Positions 49,273 through 60,741 are shown, counted from the stretch's first letter. The stretch: DNA of 64,000 bases from an uncultured Pseudomonadales bacterium (GCA_905478195.1 CAJQHM010000001.1:126-64125); one strand, 5' to 3'. Notes: generated by a model from the letters alone, not told the origin. A program made the numbers and translations.

Positions 49273-50478
49273 CTAGCCCGAGAACATATTGCTGAATAGC
49301 AAGGTGATCCAGTCGACGAAACGTTTGAGTATACCGCCCTGCTCAACCGCCTGCATGGAGACCACATCCCCCTGATAGAGAATGTTATTGTCTAACACTA
49401 CCCGCACTTCCCCCATGATCTGTCTATCACTCAGCGGTGCTCTAATAATCTCGTCGACATCTACGGTTGCCGTCATCGATTCCGCCTGCCCTCGGGGGAT
49501 AGTAATATAGACCTCATCTTCGATCCCCAGATCTACCGCGTTTAACGCGCCGGAGTAAACCGGCACATTAGTTAGCACCTGATTGGAGTCATACAGCTTA
49601 TGGGTCTCGTAGTAACGAAACCCATAAGTCAGCAATTTTTGTGTCTCTATCGCTCTCGCTTCTTCACTTGCGGTTCCCATGACAACAGAAATCAGACGCA
49701 TACCGTCACGCTCGGCGGAGGCTACCAGACAGTAACCGGCGGCATCGGTCCACCCTGTCTTCATGCCATCGACGTTGCGGTCACGAAACAACAGTGTATT
49801 TCGATTCGATTGGCGGATATCGTTATAGGTAAACTCGCGCTCCGAATACATTGGATAGAACTGGGCATGTCGAGAGATCGTAGCCTGAGCCAGTTTCGCC
49901 AAATCTCGCGCGGACATAGTGTTGTAGTAGAGTTCGGTGTCCAGGCCGCTGGCATTCATAAAAAAAGTTTGCGACAGACCGAGAACCTCGGCGTACTGAT
50001 TCATCATGTCGGCAAAGGCTTCTTCACTACCGGCGATATGCTCCGCCATAGCTACGCTGGCATCGTTGCCAGACTGAATTATGATGCCGCGCAGCAAGTC
50101 TTCTACCTCAACCTGAGTATCCACACCAACGAACATCTTGGACCCTTCCATGCGCCAGGCTTTCTCACTGATGTGCACCTCGTCGGAGAGCGCAAGATTG
50201 CCACTTAAAATTTCTTCCGTGACTACGTAGGCGGTCATTATTTTAGTAAGGCTGGCAGGGGGAAGCGCTTCATCCGCATTCTCTTCAATAAGAACCTGGC
50301 CGGTCTTTGCATCCAAGAGAATATAGCTAGTAGCAGCGATCTCCGGCGGCCTTGGAATTATAGCCGGGGCCGCAACACTGAAATTACTGGCAAGCATGAA
50401 GACCACTAAAAGTAGCGTGAGCGCTCTCGATTGTGGCTGATTATTTTTAGGTAATGTTGCAATAGAAAAAGATGACAT
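49273..50478 (-). CDS. dacA: D-alanyl-D-alanine carboxypeptidase (PBP5/6)
   Basis: SLTK, SGN, KTG motifs; start approximate. Confidence 0.92.
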   Translation of the reverse strand: MSSFSIATLPKNNQPQSRALTLLLVVFMLASNFSVAAPAIIPRPPEIAATSYILLDAKTGQVLIEENADEALPPASLTKIMTAYVVTEEILSGNLALSDEVHISEKAWRMEGSKMFVGVDTQVEVEDLLRGIIIQSGNDASVAMAEHIAGSEEAFADMMNQYAEVLGLSQTFFMNASGLDTELYYNTMSARDLAKLAQATISRHAQFYPMYSEREFTYNDIRQSNRNTLLFRDRNVDGMKTGWTDAAGYCLVASAERDGMRLISVVMGTASEEARAIETQKLLTYGFRYYETHKLYDSNQVLTNVPVYSGALNAVDLGIEDEVYITIPRGQAESMTATVDVDEIIRAPLSDRQIMGEVRVVLDNNILYQGDVVSMQAVEQGGILKRFVDWITLLFSNMFSG

Positions 50479-50579
50479 AAAAAATCCGTCTCGATTTAAA
50501 GTGTATTGAGTTGAGAAATGACGAATCAATTGATGAAACTGGTCGCGGCTGTAACTAAGGTATAGCGTAAGATTTATAG

Positions 50580-51446
50580 CTATTCAGTCACAGTGTACGG
50601 ACTTCCCAGGTTAGCAGCAACAACACTTTGGCTAACTCGTTGAATTTGACCAGGGTCAGAAATTGGGCCGACTCTAACTCGATGTAGTACTTTGTTATTC
50701 GATGTATTCACGGTACGAATAAACACGGGCAAACTGGTTATTTCTTCCACTTGGTTTGAGACTTTTTGCGCCGCACTTAGTTCCGAAAATGCTCCTACCT
50801 GCAGATATTTACTTGCGGTAGAACTTAACTGCAATGTCTCGACTGCGTTAGAGCTAGCGCCGCTGGTTCCACGGTCACGAGAGATTCCACTTGCGACTAC
50901 CGATTCTAATTGGACGCGGGCTGTTCCTCTATCCGCATAACCAAGCTTTAATGCCGCCGCGTAAGAGAGATCGACAATCCTGTCTCCGTGAAAAGGGCCT
51001 CTGTCATTCACCCTGACTATAATACTCCTGTTATTGTCCAGGTTTGTTACGCGCAAGAAACTGGGAATCGGCAAAGACTTGTGTGCGGCAGATACTTGAT
51101 ACATATCGAATACCTCACCATTGGACGTCTTGTGTCCGTGAAACTTTTCGCCATACCACGACGCTACACCCCTCTCGGAATATCCTTCTTCGGTGGGCAG
51201 AACACGGTAACTCTTACCCAGCACCGAATACGGACTGCGGTTGCCCGCCATTGTGCGGTTGAGAGGTTCTGGCACTACATCCGGAATTGCCGAGAGATCA
51301 ACGTTTCGTGTCGGCGCCCGATCCTGCTGTATGCTGTAACGGCCCTTATTTGGCGATTCAGGAGCCGGCGCAGGCGCCGAGCTGCAGGCCCATAAGGCCA
51401 ACAAAACCGGAGTGACAATCGACACCTTTAGTAAATTCGCATTCAT
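50580..51446 (-). CDS. rlpA: Septal ring lytic transglycosylase RlpA
   Basis: Lipobox LWAC, ASWYG, AAHKSLP, VNDRGPF, C-terminal SPOR (LQVGAF). Confidence 0.94.
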   Translation of the reverse strand: MNANLLKVSIVTPVLLALWACSSAPAPAPESPNKGRYSIQQDRAPTRNVDLSAIPDVVPEPLNRTMAGNRSPYSVLGKSYRVLPTEEGYSERGVASWYGEKFHGHKTSNGEVFDMYQVSAAHKSLPIPSFLRVTNLDNNRSIIVRVNDRGPFHGDRIVDLSYAAALKLGYADRGTARVQLESVVASGISRDRGTSGASSNAVETLQLSSTASKYLQVGAFSELSAAQKVSNQVEEITSLPVFIRTVNTSNNKVLHRVRVGPISDPGQIQRVSQSVVAANLGSPYTVTE

Positions 51447-51657
51447 TTGTTATTCCGTATGGATGTAATCACTAAATTGGCAGAATAACTGCCCTGCCAA
51501 AATAGCCTGAAAAATCAGTGACACCTGAAGGATAGCGTCCGATCTGACAATTCATTTAACCACTTCCGCGGATCTGAGCCGTTGATTAGCTTATATATAG
51601 TCTTTAAATTCCATTTCATCTACGCAAAAATTATTTAAACCCAATTATATCAGAGGC

Positions 51658-52806
51658 TTAGATAGATTTGCTGCGGCCATGAGTCTGAATTGACATTAAT
51701 AGACCAAATCCGATAAAAAGCGTGACAACCGACGTGCCCCCTCGACTCATTAGCGGCAGTGGTAGCCCGATGACAGGCAGCAGGCCCGAGACCATCGCCA
51801 TATTAACGAACACATAGAAGAAGAAGGTAAGCGTGATGCTACCGGCAAGCAGGCGGCTAAACATGTCGTTTGCAGCATAGGCGATGTAACTGCCTCGGAT
51901 GAGCACGAACAAGTACATCGAAATCAGAAACAATATACCCAGCAGGCCAAACTCCTCCGCCAACACCGCGAGAATGAAGTCAGTATTACTCTCAGGAATA
52001 AAGTCCAGATGAGACTGCGCGCCCTCACCGTAGCCCTTGCCATAGATACCGCCCGAGCCTATAGCGATCTGCGATTGAATAATATTGTAGCCGGCACCGG
52101 TAGGGTCTCTATAGGGATCCCAAAAAGTCAGTATCCTGTTCTTCTGGTGCCCCTGTGCCAGAAAGATGTACCAAGCAGGAGACGCTAGAAGCAGCGCTAT
52201 AAACCCTGCGATCACAATACGCCAGCGTATGCCTGCAAGTAATACCACAAAGATTCCCGACATAGTGACCATGATCGCCGTGCCGGTATCGTTCTGAACT
52301 ATTATCAAACCCGCCGGAACCAATATCATCACGGCAGACCAAAACAGATGCTTGAACCTCGGCGGCAGTGGCCGACTCGCGAGATACCAAGCCATCAGCA
52401 TGGGCACTACGAATTTCATTAGCTCCGAAGGTTGGAAACTAGGCAGGCCAGGTAGGTCCAGCCAACTCTTCGCCCCATTTGCCTCTACCCCAACTACCAA
52501 TACCAGAGCCAGGAGCGCAAGACCCGCAGCATAAAGCGTAGGCGCCCACTGTCGGAAGAAATGCACATTGAATTGCGCGACAATAAACATGACTACCAAA
52601 CCGACGATCATCGTTAGCGCCTGTCTTTGCACTACGGGGACATCGCCACCGCTTGCACTAAACAAGACTAAAAGACCGAACCCGCAGAGCAGGGAAATTC
52701 CAACTAGAAGCGGAGGGTCGGTATGGATGGTTCGCCAGATAGATTTATGGTATCTGGTCTTGGAATCGAGGCCATCGGATCGTCGTATGAAGTCTTGGCT
52801 ATTCAT
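51658..52806 (-). CDS. rodA: Rod shape-determining SEDS glycosyltransferase RodA
   Basis: FQPSELMK, GYNIIQSQIAIGSGG, PESNTDFI; start set at ATG 52806. Confidence 0.94.
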   Translation of the reverse strand: MNSQDFIRRSDGLDSKTRYHKSIWRTIHTDPPLLVGISLLCGFGLLVLFSASGGDVPVVQRQALTMIVGLVVMFIVAQFNVHFFRQWAPTLYAAGLALLALVLVVGVEANGAKSWLDLPGLPSFQPSELMKFVVPMLMAWYLASRPLPPRFKHLFWSAVMILVPAGLIIVQNDTGTAIMVTMSGIFVVLLAGIRWRIVIAGFIALLLASPAWYIFLAQGHQKNRILTFWDPYRDPTGAGYNIIQSQIAIGSGGIYGKGYGEGAQSHLDFIPESNTDFILAVLAEEFGLLGILFLISMYLFVLIRGSYIAYAANDMFSRLLAGSITLTFFFYVFVNMAMVSGLLPVIGLPLPLMSRGGTSVVTLFIGFGLLMSIQTHGRSKSI

Positions 52807-54772
52807 CGACCAGTGAAAGCAGTTCATCGCCGCCGGAATTCAGGGCTTCGAAGTCAATTTGAAGAATATCCAGTAGGTAGGCATCTGTAACTGCCTTCGC
52901 AATGGGGCCAGCCACACTACTGCCGTGCTCGCCATTCTCTACGAATACAGCGATAGCGATCTGTGGCTTAATACTTGGGTTTTCTGCAGGCGCATAGGAT
53001 ATGAACAAGGCGTGATCCTTGTTTAGGTCTGACACATTGATGTCTTCACTCTGCATTATTGCCTGACTTATACCAACCACCTGCGCAGAGCCCGATTTAC
53101 CCGCCATCTTATAAGGCATCTCTCTATCAGCCATAGCTATGGCTTCATAGGCTGTTCCGTATTCACGAAACACGTCGTTATATGCGCGGTGCACAACCAT
53201 AGACATAGACTCTTCGATATAGCGCCAGTAGTCCGGATCATTCACCACGACATCGGCAACAGGGTCATTGATTACCGGCTCATAGGGCACACCGTCTACT
53301 GCTTTTAACATTCTTGGCTGAATCACCTTGCCTTTATTAGCCATAATCGAGGCAGCCGTCGCAAGCTGCAACGGTGTTGCCCACATATAACCCTGCCCTA
53401 TAGACGAATTAATTGTGTCACCCGGATACCAGGGCTCGCCTCTTGTCTCTCTCTTCCAGTCACGGGATGGCAGTACGCCGGTTCTTGCATAATTTATATC
53501 AACTGCAAAATTCTGGCCGAAACCAAACTGCGACATAAAACCGTGCATGGTATCAATGCCCATGCGGTTACCTAGATCGTAAAAGAATGTGTCACAAGAT
53601 TGATAGATTGCCTTCTGCAGATCTGTGTGACCATGCCCTCCTCCGATCGCAGTTCTCAGAGTGTAATCACCCCAGCGATAACTCACACCTGGTAAACGAA
53701 AATAGCCTGGATCCTCAATAGTAAACTCATAGTCAACCAGTTCATGATGCAGGCCACCCAATCCTAAAAACGGTTTAACAGTTGAGCCCGGTGGGTAGGG
53801 ATTCGTCGACCTATCGAAGAGCGGAGTGTTTATATTATCCGTAACCAGAACGCCATAGTTCTTGCTGCTTATTCCCGTCACGAAAAGGTTCGGGTCGAAG
53901 CCCGGCTTGCTAACCATCGCCAGGATACCGCCGGTGTTGGGGTCGATGGCAACCACAGCACCGCGAAAATCACCAAGCGCCGCCTCGGCTGCAGTTTGCA
54001 GCTGACTGTCTAAATACAAAGATATATTTTTACCCGCGATAGGGTCGGTACGATCAAGTCTACGCATGACCTGACCCCTATTGTTCTTCTCTACGATTTC
54101 ATAACCAACGGTTCCGTGCAGCAAGTCTTCGTAAGTTCTTTCTATTCCAGTTTTGCCAATATGGTTTGTACCGCCATAGTTCTCTCGCTCTTCATCGTCG
54201 AGAGAATCCAATTCGGCTCGATTGATTTCCGACACATAGCCAACCGAATGCGCCGTGAGCTCGGCTAAGGGGTATTGCCGAACAAACTGCGGCTCGATCG
54301 CCACACCCGGCAACTTATAACTATTAACCGCAACCCTGGATTTTTCCGCATCGCTAAGCACGTACCGAAGTGGCACCGAGGAAAATGGCACACGGTTTCT
54401 TCGCAGTCGATTGGCAAACTGCTCTCTCTCGTCATCGGACAAGTCGATTAATGTATCCAGATAGTCGAGAGTTACTTCTAGATCTTCTACCTGTTCATGC
54501 ACAATCGTTAAATTGAAAATCGGTTGGTTATCGGCAAGCAGCTTGCCTCTATTGTCGAAGATCAATCCTCGCGCCGGTGGCACATACTGAGAATGGAGTC
54601 GATTTCCATCAGATCTAGCGGAGAAATAGTCATACTGGGAGATCTGAAGATTGACTAATTTCATGATCAACGCAGCAAACAGCAACAGGACAAATACAGC
54701 AGCCACGACAAGACGGCGGCTGAACATCGCCCGCTCCGCCTCGTGATCTTTAAGCTGCCATTTTCCTGCCAT
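52799..54772 (-). CDS. mrdA: Penicillin-binding protein 2
   Basis: N-terminal TM, STVK, SCD, KSG motifs. Confidence 0.95.
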   Translation of the reverse strand: MAGKWQLKDHEAERAMFSRRLVVAAVFVLLLFAALIMKLVNLQISQYDYFSARSDGNRLHSQYVPPARGLIFDNRGKLLADNQPIFNLTIVHEQVEDLEVTLDYLDTLIDLSDDEREQFANRLRRNRVPFSSVPLRYVLSDAEKSRVAVNSYKLPGVAIEPQFVRQYPLAELTAHSVGYVSEINRAELDSLDDEERENYGGTNHIGKTGIERTYEDLLHGTVGYEIVEKNNRGQVMRRLDRTDPIAGKNISLYLDSQLQTAAEAALGDFRGAVVAIDPNTGGILAMVSKPGFDPNLFVTGISSKNYGVLVTDNINTPLFDRSTNPYPPGSTVKPFLGLGGLHHELVDYEFTIEDPGYFRLPGVSYRWGDYTLRTAIGGGHGHTDLQKAIYQSCDTFFYDLGNRMGIDTMHGFMSQFGFGQNFAVDINYARTGVLPSRDWKRETRGEPWYPGDTINSSIGQGYMWATPLQLATAASIMANKGKVIQPRMLKAVDGVPYEPVINDPVADVVVNDPDYWRYIEESMSMVVHRAYNDVFREYGTAYEAIAMADREMPYKMAGKSGSAQVVGISQAIMQSEDINVSDLNKDHALFISYAPAENPSIKPQIAIAVFVENGEHGSSVAGPIAKAVTDAYLLDILQIDFEALNSGGDELLSLVDE

Positions 54773-54984
54773 AATTGGTTTACCTAGCTACGCGCAGTAT
54801 CATCTAGTTTCATCGGCTAAGGAGTTCGCCGCTAAAGGTTTTGTCGCCCTTAGTTCTTCGACAACGCACAGTTAAAATAGTTTTGTTTTACGCGAAATTC
54901 ACCCGTATCTGAACAGTCTACCGCGTTTCACAGGTGTTTTTTAGTGATGCCCGTTGGAATTTCGCGCGTTTGGCGAACGCTGCT

Positions 54985-55455
54985 TTAGCTTCGATGGTAG
55001 GGATGTCCATTGATGATGCTAATAGCACGATAGAACTGCTCGGTAATCACTACGCGAACCAGAGGATGGGGAAGGGTCAATGCCGATAGTGACCAGCGCT
55101 CATTCGACCTGGCCAGGCATGATGCCCCCAGTCCATCGGGCCCACCGACGAGCAAGCTTAGATTGTCTCCCTCCTGTCGGAATTTTACTATTTTCCGCGC
55201 CAGGCTCTCGGTACTGAATGATTTGCCATCCACATCTAGCGCTACCACATAGTCACTGGAGGGAATCGCCGCTAGCAGCGCATCGCTTTCCTTCTGTATA
55301 CACTGGTCAATATTGCTGTTCTTGCTGCGCTTGGCCATGGGTATCTCAATCAGTGAAAAATCCAGATCGCTCTGCATTCGCTTCTCGTACTGCGCAACAC
55401 CCTCTTGCACCCAGGCCGGCATCTTTGTGCCCACGCTAAGAACCCTTACCTTCAC
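54985..55455 (-). CDS. rlmH: 23S rRNA (pseudouridine1915-N3)-methyltransferase
   Basis: VGGPDG, SLSALTLPH, HPYHR. Confidence 0.96.
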   Translation of the reverse strand: MKVRVLSVGTKMPAWVQEGVAQYEKRMQSDLDFSLIEIPMAKRSKNSNIDQCIQKESDALLAAIPSSDYVVALDVDGKSFSTESLARKIVKFRQEGDNLSLLVGGPDGLGASCLARSNERWSLSALTLPHPLVRVVITEQFYRAISIINGHPYHRS

Positions 55456-55817
55456 GCCGCAGGATCTTCCGGTTCAGCCCTGTCTTGAGGCTTGGACTCA
55501 AAGTTCCAAAGTTCTTCAAGGTTATAAAGCGCACGCACTGGAGCCAACATCAAATGTACGACCACGTTGCCAAGGTCGACTAACACCCAATCTGCAGCGA
55601 GTTTACCCTCTACTCCCACCACTTCCTGCCCTGCGTCCTTAACAGATTTACTCACCGATTCTGCCAATGCTTTTAGGTGTGTACTTGAGGTGCCAGTCAC
55701 AATGACCATATAGTCCGTGATCGACGTCAATCTCTCGACATTAATACAGCGAATCGACTGACCTTTTACATCATCCAGTGCTTCTACAACCAATTCTGAC
55801 AATTCTGTACTCTTCAA
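55452..55817 (-). CDS. rsfS: Ribosome silencing factor
   Basis: DVKG, WVLVDLGNVVVH, YNLEELW. Confidence 0.95.
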   Translation of the reverse strand: MKSTELSELVVEALDDVKGQSIRCINVERLTSITDYMVIVTGTSSTHLKALAESVSKSVKDAGQEVVGVEGKLAADWVLVDLGNVVVHLMLAPVRALYNLEELWNFESKPQDRAEPEDPAA

Positions 55818-55839
55818 ACTAAAGTCTCACTTATGTTTA

Positions 55840-56472
55840 CTAATCTTGATAGAGATTATTCTCATGTATATATTCAATGACCGCTGGGTCTAACTGAGCA
55901 GTCACATCCTCGCCTCGTGCTAGCTTTTTCCTAATCTGACTTGACGCCATATCGAATTCAAAATTTTCACAGTAGATAAATCTGCCCTGCGAACTCGATA
56001 ACATTTGCTCTGCCGTTTCGACCTTTCTCTCGCCACCTTGCACAGCCGCCAACGTTGCATCCGACAAGATCGCCCCGGGTCTCGCTAATACCAGCAGGTG
56101 ACATAGCTCGAATATCTGTTGCCATTCATGCCACTGCGGCAGGCTATTAAACGAATCGACACCCAACACAAACACTATGGTTTCGTGCTGCTTTCTGTAC
56201 TGAGTAAGCGTATCTACCGTGTAAGACACTCGATCTACTTGCAACTCGATAGTATCTATTTCTATTTGAGGATGGCCTGCCGTTGCTATCTCGAGCATCG
56301 CCAGTCGGTGCTCTGCTCGAGTATCAGGTATGGCCTTATGATTAGGCCTGTGACAGGGAACCATTTTTAGTCGGTGTGCGGACAAAAATTCCAGAGCATA
56401 ATTCGCCGCACTCACATGTCCCTTGTGCACCGGGTCAAACATTCCTCCAAGCACTACTAACGGCGAACTCAT
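55840..56472 (-). CDS. nadD: Nicotinate-nucleotide adenylyltransferase
   Basis: [26 protein letters not shown]. Confidence 0.93.
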   Translation of the reverse strand: MSSPLVVLGGMFDPVHKGHVSAANYALEFLSAHRLKMVPCHRPNHKAIPDTRAEHRLAMLEIATAGHPQIEIDTIELQVDRVSYTVDTLTQYRKQHETIVFVLGVDSFNSLPQWHEWQQIFELCHLLVLARPGAILSDATLAAVQGGERKVETAEQMLSSSQGRFIYCENFEFDMASSQIRKKLARGEDVTAQLDPAVIEYIHENNLYQD

Positions 56473-57728
56473 TGTCGGATATGTCCGTCCCCCAACACGA
56501 TATACTTTTGCGAAGTAAGACCTTCCAAACCAACCGGCCCACGCGCATGCAGCTTGTCCGTTGAAATGCCTATCTCCGCACCTAAGCCATACTCAAACCC
56601 GTCTGCGAATCGGGTAGAGGCGTTAATCATCACCGAACTTGAGTCGACTTCGCGAAGAAATTGTTGCGCGCGAGTATAGTCCTCAGTCACGATTGATTCT
56701 GTATGTTGCGAGCTATAGGTGTTGATGTGATGAATTGCCGCATCCACATCGGCAACGATATTAATCGACAAGATCGGTGCCAGATATTCTGTAGCCCAAT
56801 CTTCCTCCGAAGCCACGTCGACTCCTGCCACCAATGCCCGAGTCTTCTCACAGCCACGAAGTTCTACGCCTTTCTCAAGCAATTGCGCGCACAGATCAGG
56901 CAGCACCTCGGGGGCTATCTTCTCGGCGACCAGAAGCGACTCCAATGTGCAGCAGGTGCCATAGCGCTGCGTCTTCGCGTTAATGACAATCAATGATGCT
57001 TTCTCGCAGTCGGCCTTGTCATCGATGTAGACATGACAGTTACCATCGAGATGCTTGATCACTGGCACTTTCGCATCAGCGCTAATTCTCGCAATCAGAC
57101 CCTTGCCACCACGGGGCACAATGACGTCCACAAATTCGGGCATTGTAATCAACAGGCCAACCGCATCTCGATCGGGTCTATCCAGAACCTGAACTACGTG
57201 CTCACTCAGCCCTGCCGCTTCCAAGCCTGTCTTGATACAGGCCGCTATCGCTTGATTCGAATGTATTGCCTCGGAACCACCACGTAAAATAGTCGCGTTG
57301 CCGGATTTAAGGCAGAGACTTGCTGCCTCGCAGGTCACATTGGGCCTGGATTCATAGATAATCCCTATTACTCCCAGAGGCACTCGCATCTTACCGACCT
57401 GAATGCCGCTGGGGCGATATTTGAGATCGGAGATGGCTCCGACAGGATCATCCAGAGCCGCTACTTGCCGCAGCCCCTCGATCATAGTGTCAATGCGCGC
57501 TGCGTTCAGCTCCAAGCGGTCGAGCAAGGCCGCATCCAAGCCCTTTCCCCTTCCCGCCTGCATATCTTGCTCGTTCGCCAGCATGAGCTGCTCTCGACTG
57601 GAATCGATGGCCTCGGCGACGGCTAAAAGCGCTGCATTTTTCTGGGCTGTACTGGCCTTCGCTATCTGGCGCGATGCTTCCCGCGCCTGGCGGCCCAGCT
57701 TTAGCATATAGTTTTCGATATCAGTCAT
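56469..57728 (-). CDS. proA: Gamma-glutamyl phosphate reductase
   Basis: [35 protein letters not shown]. Confidence 0.97.
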   Translation of the reverse strand: MTDIENYMLKLGRQAREASRQIAKASTAQKNAALLAVAEAIDSSREQLMLANEQDMQAGRGKGLDAALLDRLELNAARIDTMIEGLRQVAALDDPVGAISDLKYRPSGIQVGKMRVPLGVIGIIYESRPNVTCEAASLCLKSGNATILRGGSEAIHSNQAIAACIKTGLEAAGLSEHVVQVLDRPDRDAVGLLITMPEFVDVIVPRGGKGLIARISADAKVPVIKHLDGNCHVYIDDKADCEKASLIVINAKTQRYGTCCTLESLLVAEKIAPEVLPDLCAQLLEKGVELRGCEKTRALVAGVDVASEEDWATEYLAPILSINIVADVDAAIHHINTYSSQHTESIVTEDYTRAQQFLREVDSSSVMINASTRFADGFEYGLGAEIGISTDKLHARGPVGLEGLTSQKYIVLGDGHIRQ

Positions 57729-57923
57729 TTTTGCTTACTTCAAAATGGTATGTGCTCAAATTAATGGCCAAGAGAAGAAATTCATGGCCACTGACGCAGA
57801 AAGCTGCGAATTATAACCCAAATAACGCTGCTGGGGGTTGAATGCATGGATATAGCGTAGACAGGCGGCAACTCCAGCTATTATGCTCTATGGCTCAGTT
57901 TAAGCTCACAGTGGGTAGTACCA

Positions 57924-59414
57924 ATGGAATCGCTACAAGAATCGGAATCTAAGGCCTCCCAGCGCCAGGCAACAGTCCAACAGGCGTTGGTACCGGTTCT
58001 CGTGTTAATCAGCCTGCTTTCCTTCTCAGTCTATCTGTTCGGCGAAGACGCGAGTTATGGACCAAACCAGATAGCACTGTGTATAGGTGCCGCTGTCGCC
58101 TCAGCCATAGGCTGGAGAAACGGGCAGCAATGGCAACAGATTGAAGAAAGCATCATCTCTGGTGTCACCATTGCGCTCAAGCCTATCCTCATCTTATTTA
58201 GCGTTGGCCTGCTGATAGGCAGCTGGATCCTCTCCGGTACCGTGCCGACCATGATCTACTACAGCCTACTCATGTTAGACCCATCAATCTTCTATGCTGC
58301 CAGCTGTCTCATCTGCGGCCTGATCGCACTGAGCATAGGCAGCTCATGGACGGTAGCAGGAACTGTTGGCATTGCCCTTATCGGTGCTGCCGCCGGCCTG
58401 GGTCTCTCAGTCGAGATTACCGCCGGTGCGATTATTTCCGGAGCCTACTTCGGAGACAAGATGTCTCCACTTTCCGAGACCACCAATTTAGCACCCGCCG
58501 TCGCTGGCACAGACCTGTTTTCCCACATCGGTCATATGGTGTGGACTACCATTCCCAGCATTGTCCTCGCACTAATCCTCTACGCCATAATAGGGCTTAG
58601 CATCGATACCGAAGCCAGCGCAAGCGACCTCGCCGTGACCATGCAACTCATCAATGACAACTTCACTATCAACCCATTTATGCTGCTGCCGGTGGCCGCA
58701 CTACTTTTTATGGCACAGAAAAAGCTACCACCGATTCCAACTATCCTTGCCGGCGCACTGATCGGTGTAATACTGGCATTAATTTTTCAACAGAGCGCAG
58801 TACTGAGCCTGGCCGGTGATACCACAAATATTTTTCTCGGCTTATTCAAAGGAACCTGGCAAACACTATTTGATGGATTCGCTCTCTCCAGCGGAAACGA
58901 AACTCTGGACGACCTGATGACACGCGGCGGCATGAGCTCTATGTTAAACACGGTGTGGTTGATCCTATGCGCCATGGTATTCGGCGCAGTGATGGATCAT
59001 ACCGGCCTGCTGCAATGCCTCGTGAATTATGCACTGTCCTTCGTACACAGCACGGGAAGCTTGATAGCTACGACCATCGTTACCTGCATCGGTGCCAATA
59101 TCATCACCTCTGACCAATACATATCGATAGTGCTTCCAGGGCGCATGTACAAACTGGAATATCAAAATAGAAATCTAGACCCGAAGAATTTGTCTCGCGC
59201 TCTGGAAGACGCAGGAACAATGACGTCTCCGTTAATTCCCTGGAATACCTGTGGCGCCTACATGGCAGGCACTTTGGGCGTGGCAACTTTCTCTTACCTG
59301 CCCTACTGTTTCTTCAACCTGATCTGCCCGGTTGTTGCAGTAATCTATGGCTTCCTAAACTTTAAGATCGCACCGCTGGTTGCCGAACCGGATTTAGCCA
59401 GCCAGCAAGCCTAG
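57924..59414 (+). CDS. nhaC: Na+/H+ antiporter NhaC family transporter
   Basis: GSSWT, SGAYFGDKMSPLSETTN, LIPWNTCG. Confidence 0.88.
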   Translation: MESLQESESKASQRQATVQQALVPVLVLISLLSFSVYLFGEDASYGPNQIALCIGAAVASAIGWRNGQQWQQIEESIISGVTIALKPILILFSVGLLIGSWILSGTVPTMIYYSLLMLDPSIFYAASCLICGLIALSIGSSWTVAGTVGIALIGAAAGLGLSVEITAGAIISGAYFGDKMSPLSETTNLAPAVAGTDLFSHIGHMVWTTIPSIVLALILYAIIGLSIDTEASASDLAVTMQLINDNFTINPFMLLPVAALLFMAQKKLPPIPTILAGALIGVILALIFQQSAVLSLAGDTTNIFLGLFKGTWQTLFDGFALSSGNETLDDLMTRGGMSSMLNTVWLILCAMVFGAVMDHTGLLQCLVNYALSFVHSTGSLIATTIVTCIGANIITSDQYISIVLPGRMYKLEYQNRNLDPKNLSRALEDAGTMTSPLIPWNTCGAYMAGTLGVATFSYLPYCFFNLICPVVAVIYGFLNFKIAPLVAEPDLASQQA

Positions 59415-60403
59415 ATATGATTTTGTAGACTCATCTCCTCGGGGTAGGGATTCATATACCAGGAGTTTGAGATGTACTCGTCCGGGTGTTTTCTAAAAAA
59501 ATGATTCAGCAGAGTTATGGGCACTATTAGCGGCAGCTGTCCCAGGCGATATTTTTCCACTGTCTCGGTCAGCTCCAACTTGTCATCCTTGTCTAGCGGC
59601 TTCTTCAGATAGCCCTGTATGTGCTGCAATACATTGACGTGGTTGCCTCTAGTAGCCGGAATCTTTAGCGTACGCATCAACTTTACTATGTATTGGTCCG
59701 CCACCTCGTCGACATTGTCTTTGCGAGCAACAGCAAGTAGCTGCCCAAGCTCACGATTGTAATTCTGATTGTGACTCATGATGATGAGTTTGTGCCTGGC
59801 ATGAAAGTCCAAAAGATCAGACAACTTCATTCCGTCCTCAACTAGTTGAAACCAGCGGCGCATTACGAAAACACGTTGAATAAAATTTTCACGTAGCACC
59901 GCGTCTCCCAGTCGGCCTTCCTCCTCGACAGGCAGGTACGGAAAATTTTGCATCATCTTCCCGGCATAGATGCCCACGCCTTCCCGAATCGGCATGACAT
60001 CATCCCAAATCTTAACCCGCTCCATACCGCAGCTCGGAGAATCTTTCTTCAAAATATAACCACAAAGACTGCTATGCCACTGCTTCTTATCATCAGCAGA
60101 CTTCGCTAGGGCCTCCGTAAAATCCGGCTCAGGGTTGTCTACAGGAATACAGCGAATCACATCTGAACCTTTTCGTGAGAGGCGAATCGGTTTGCGGGGA
60201 ATACCAAGACCGATAGCCAGCTCAGGGCAGAATGCCTGAAATTCGAAATACTGCCCCAGAGTCTTCGCTATATAGGAATTATTCTTATGCCCACCATCAA
60301 AACGGACTTTCTCGCCCAGCAGACAACTACTAATACCTATCGGTATCTTCTTATAGTGCCCGCCTGCCATCTCATCTGTCACAACTGCCTCTTCGATTTT
60401 CAT
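59411..60403 (-). CDS. DUF523 + DUF1722 (YbgA-like) protein
   Basis: GISSCLLGEKVRFDGGHK, CPE, SPSCG, EEEGRL, FHARHK, YMNPYP; start set at ATG 60403. Confidence 0.88.
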   Translation of the reverse strand: MKIEEAVVTDEMAGGHYKKIPIGISSCLLGEKVRFDGGHKNNSYIAKTLGQYFEFQAFCPELAIGLGIPRKPIRLSRKGSDVIRCIPVDNPEPDFTEALAKSADDKKQWHSSLCGYILKKDSPSCGMERVKIWDDVMPIREGVGIYAGKMMQNFPYLPVEEEGRLGDAVLRENFIQRVFVMRRWFQLVEDGMKLSDLLDFHARHKLIIMSHNQNYNRELGQLLAVARKDNVDEVADQYIVKLMRTLKIPATRGNHVNVLQHIQGYLKKPLDKDDKLELTETVEKYRLGQLPLIVPITLLNHFFRKHPDEYISNSWYMNPYPEEMSLQNHI

Positions 60404-60411
60404 TCTTTCTC

Positions 60412-60735
60412 TCACCGCTTCGTCTGCAACCACGTTTCAAATTCCATTAACTCGGCATCCAGGCCGATCAGCTCTTCTTTCTGAGCCCTACTCAATTGTT
60501 TAACCTTGTACTCCAGTTTAAGCGCATCGGATTTATTTCCCACAACTATTTGAAAAACCAAGCGCAGTGGAGCCTTCCCACGCAGTGCTTTAGCGCCCTT
60601 ATTCTTCTTGTCCTTGTTTTCATGCTCCGCGAATCTGCGCTGAACATCCGTGCTGATGCCGGTATAGAGACTGCCATCGGCAGTCCGAACAAGATAGAGC
60701 CACCAGAGCGTTGCTGCTTCTGTATTTTCACTCAT
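60412..60735 (-). CDS. GIY-YIG nuclease family protein (UPF0213/YhbQ-like)
   Basis: [27 protein letters not shown]...GAK...ALKLEYKVK. Confidence 0.88.
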   Translation of the reverse strand: MSENTEAATLWWLYLVRTADGSLYTGISTDVQRRFAEHENKDKKNKGAKALRGKAPLRLVFQIVVGNKSDALKLEYKVKQLSRAQKEELIGLDAELMEFETWLQTKR

Positions 60736-60741
60736 GAAATA

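Noticed and set aside
49600..50208. 202-aa antisense ORF inside dacA, and other antisense or shadow ORFs (e.g. 8479-8964, 35937-36458, 63386-63823)
   Set aside because: Fully nested opposite well-conserved genes, with no recognisable motifs
60412..60735. GIY-YIG protein as a homing endonuclease or defence nuclease
   Set aside because: Short stand-alone UPF0213-type domain with no intron, DNA-binding extension or defence context
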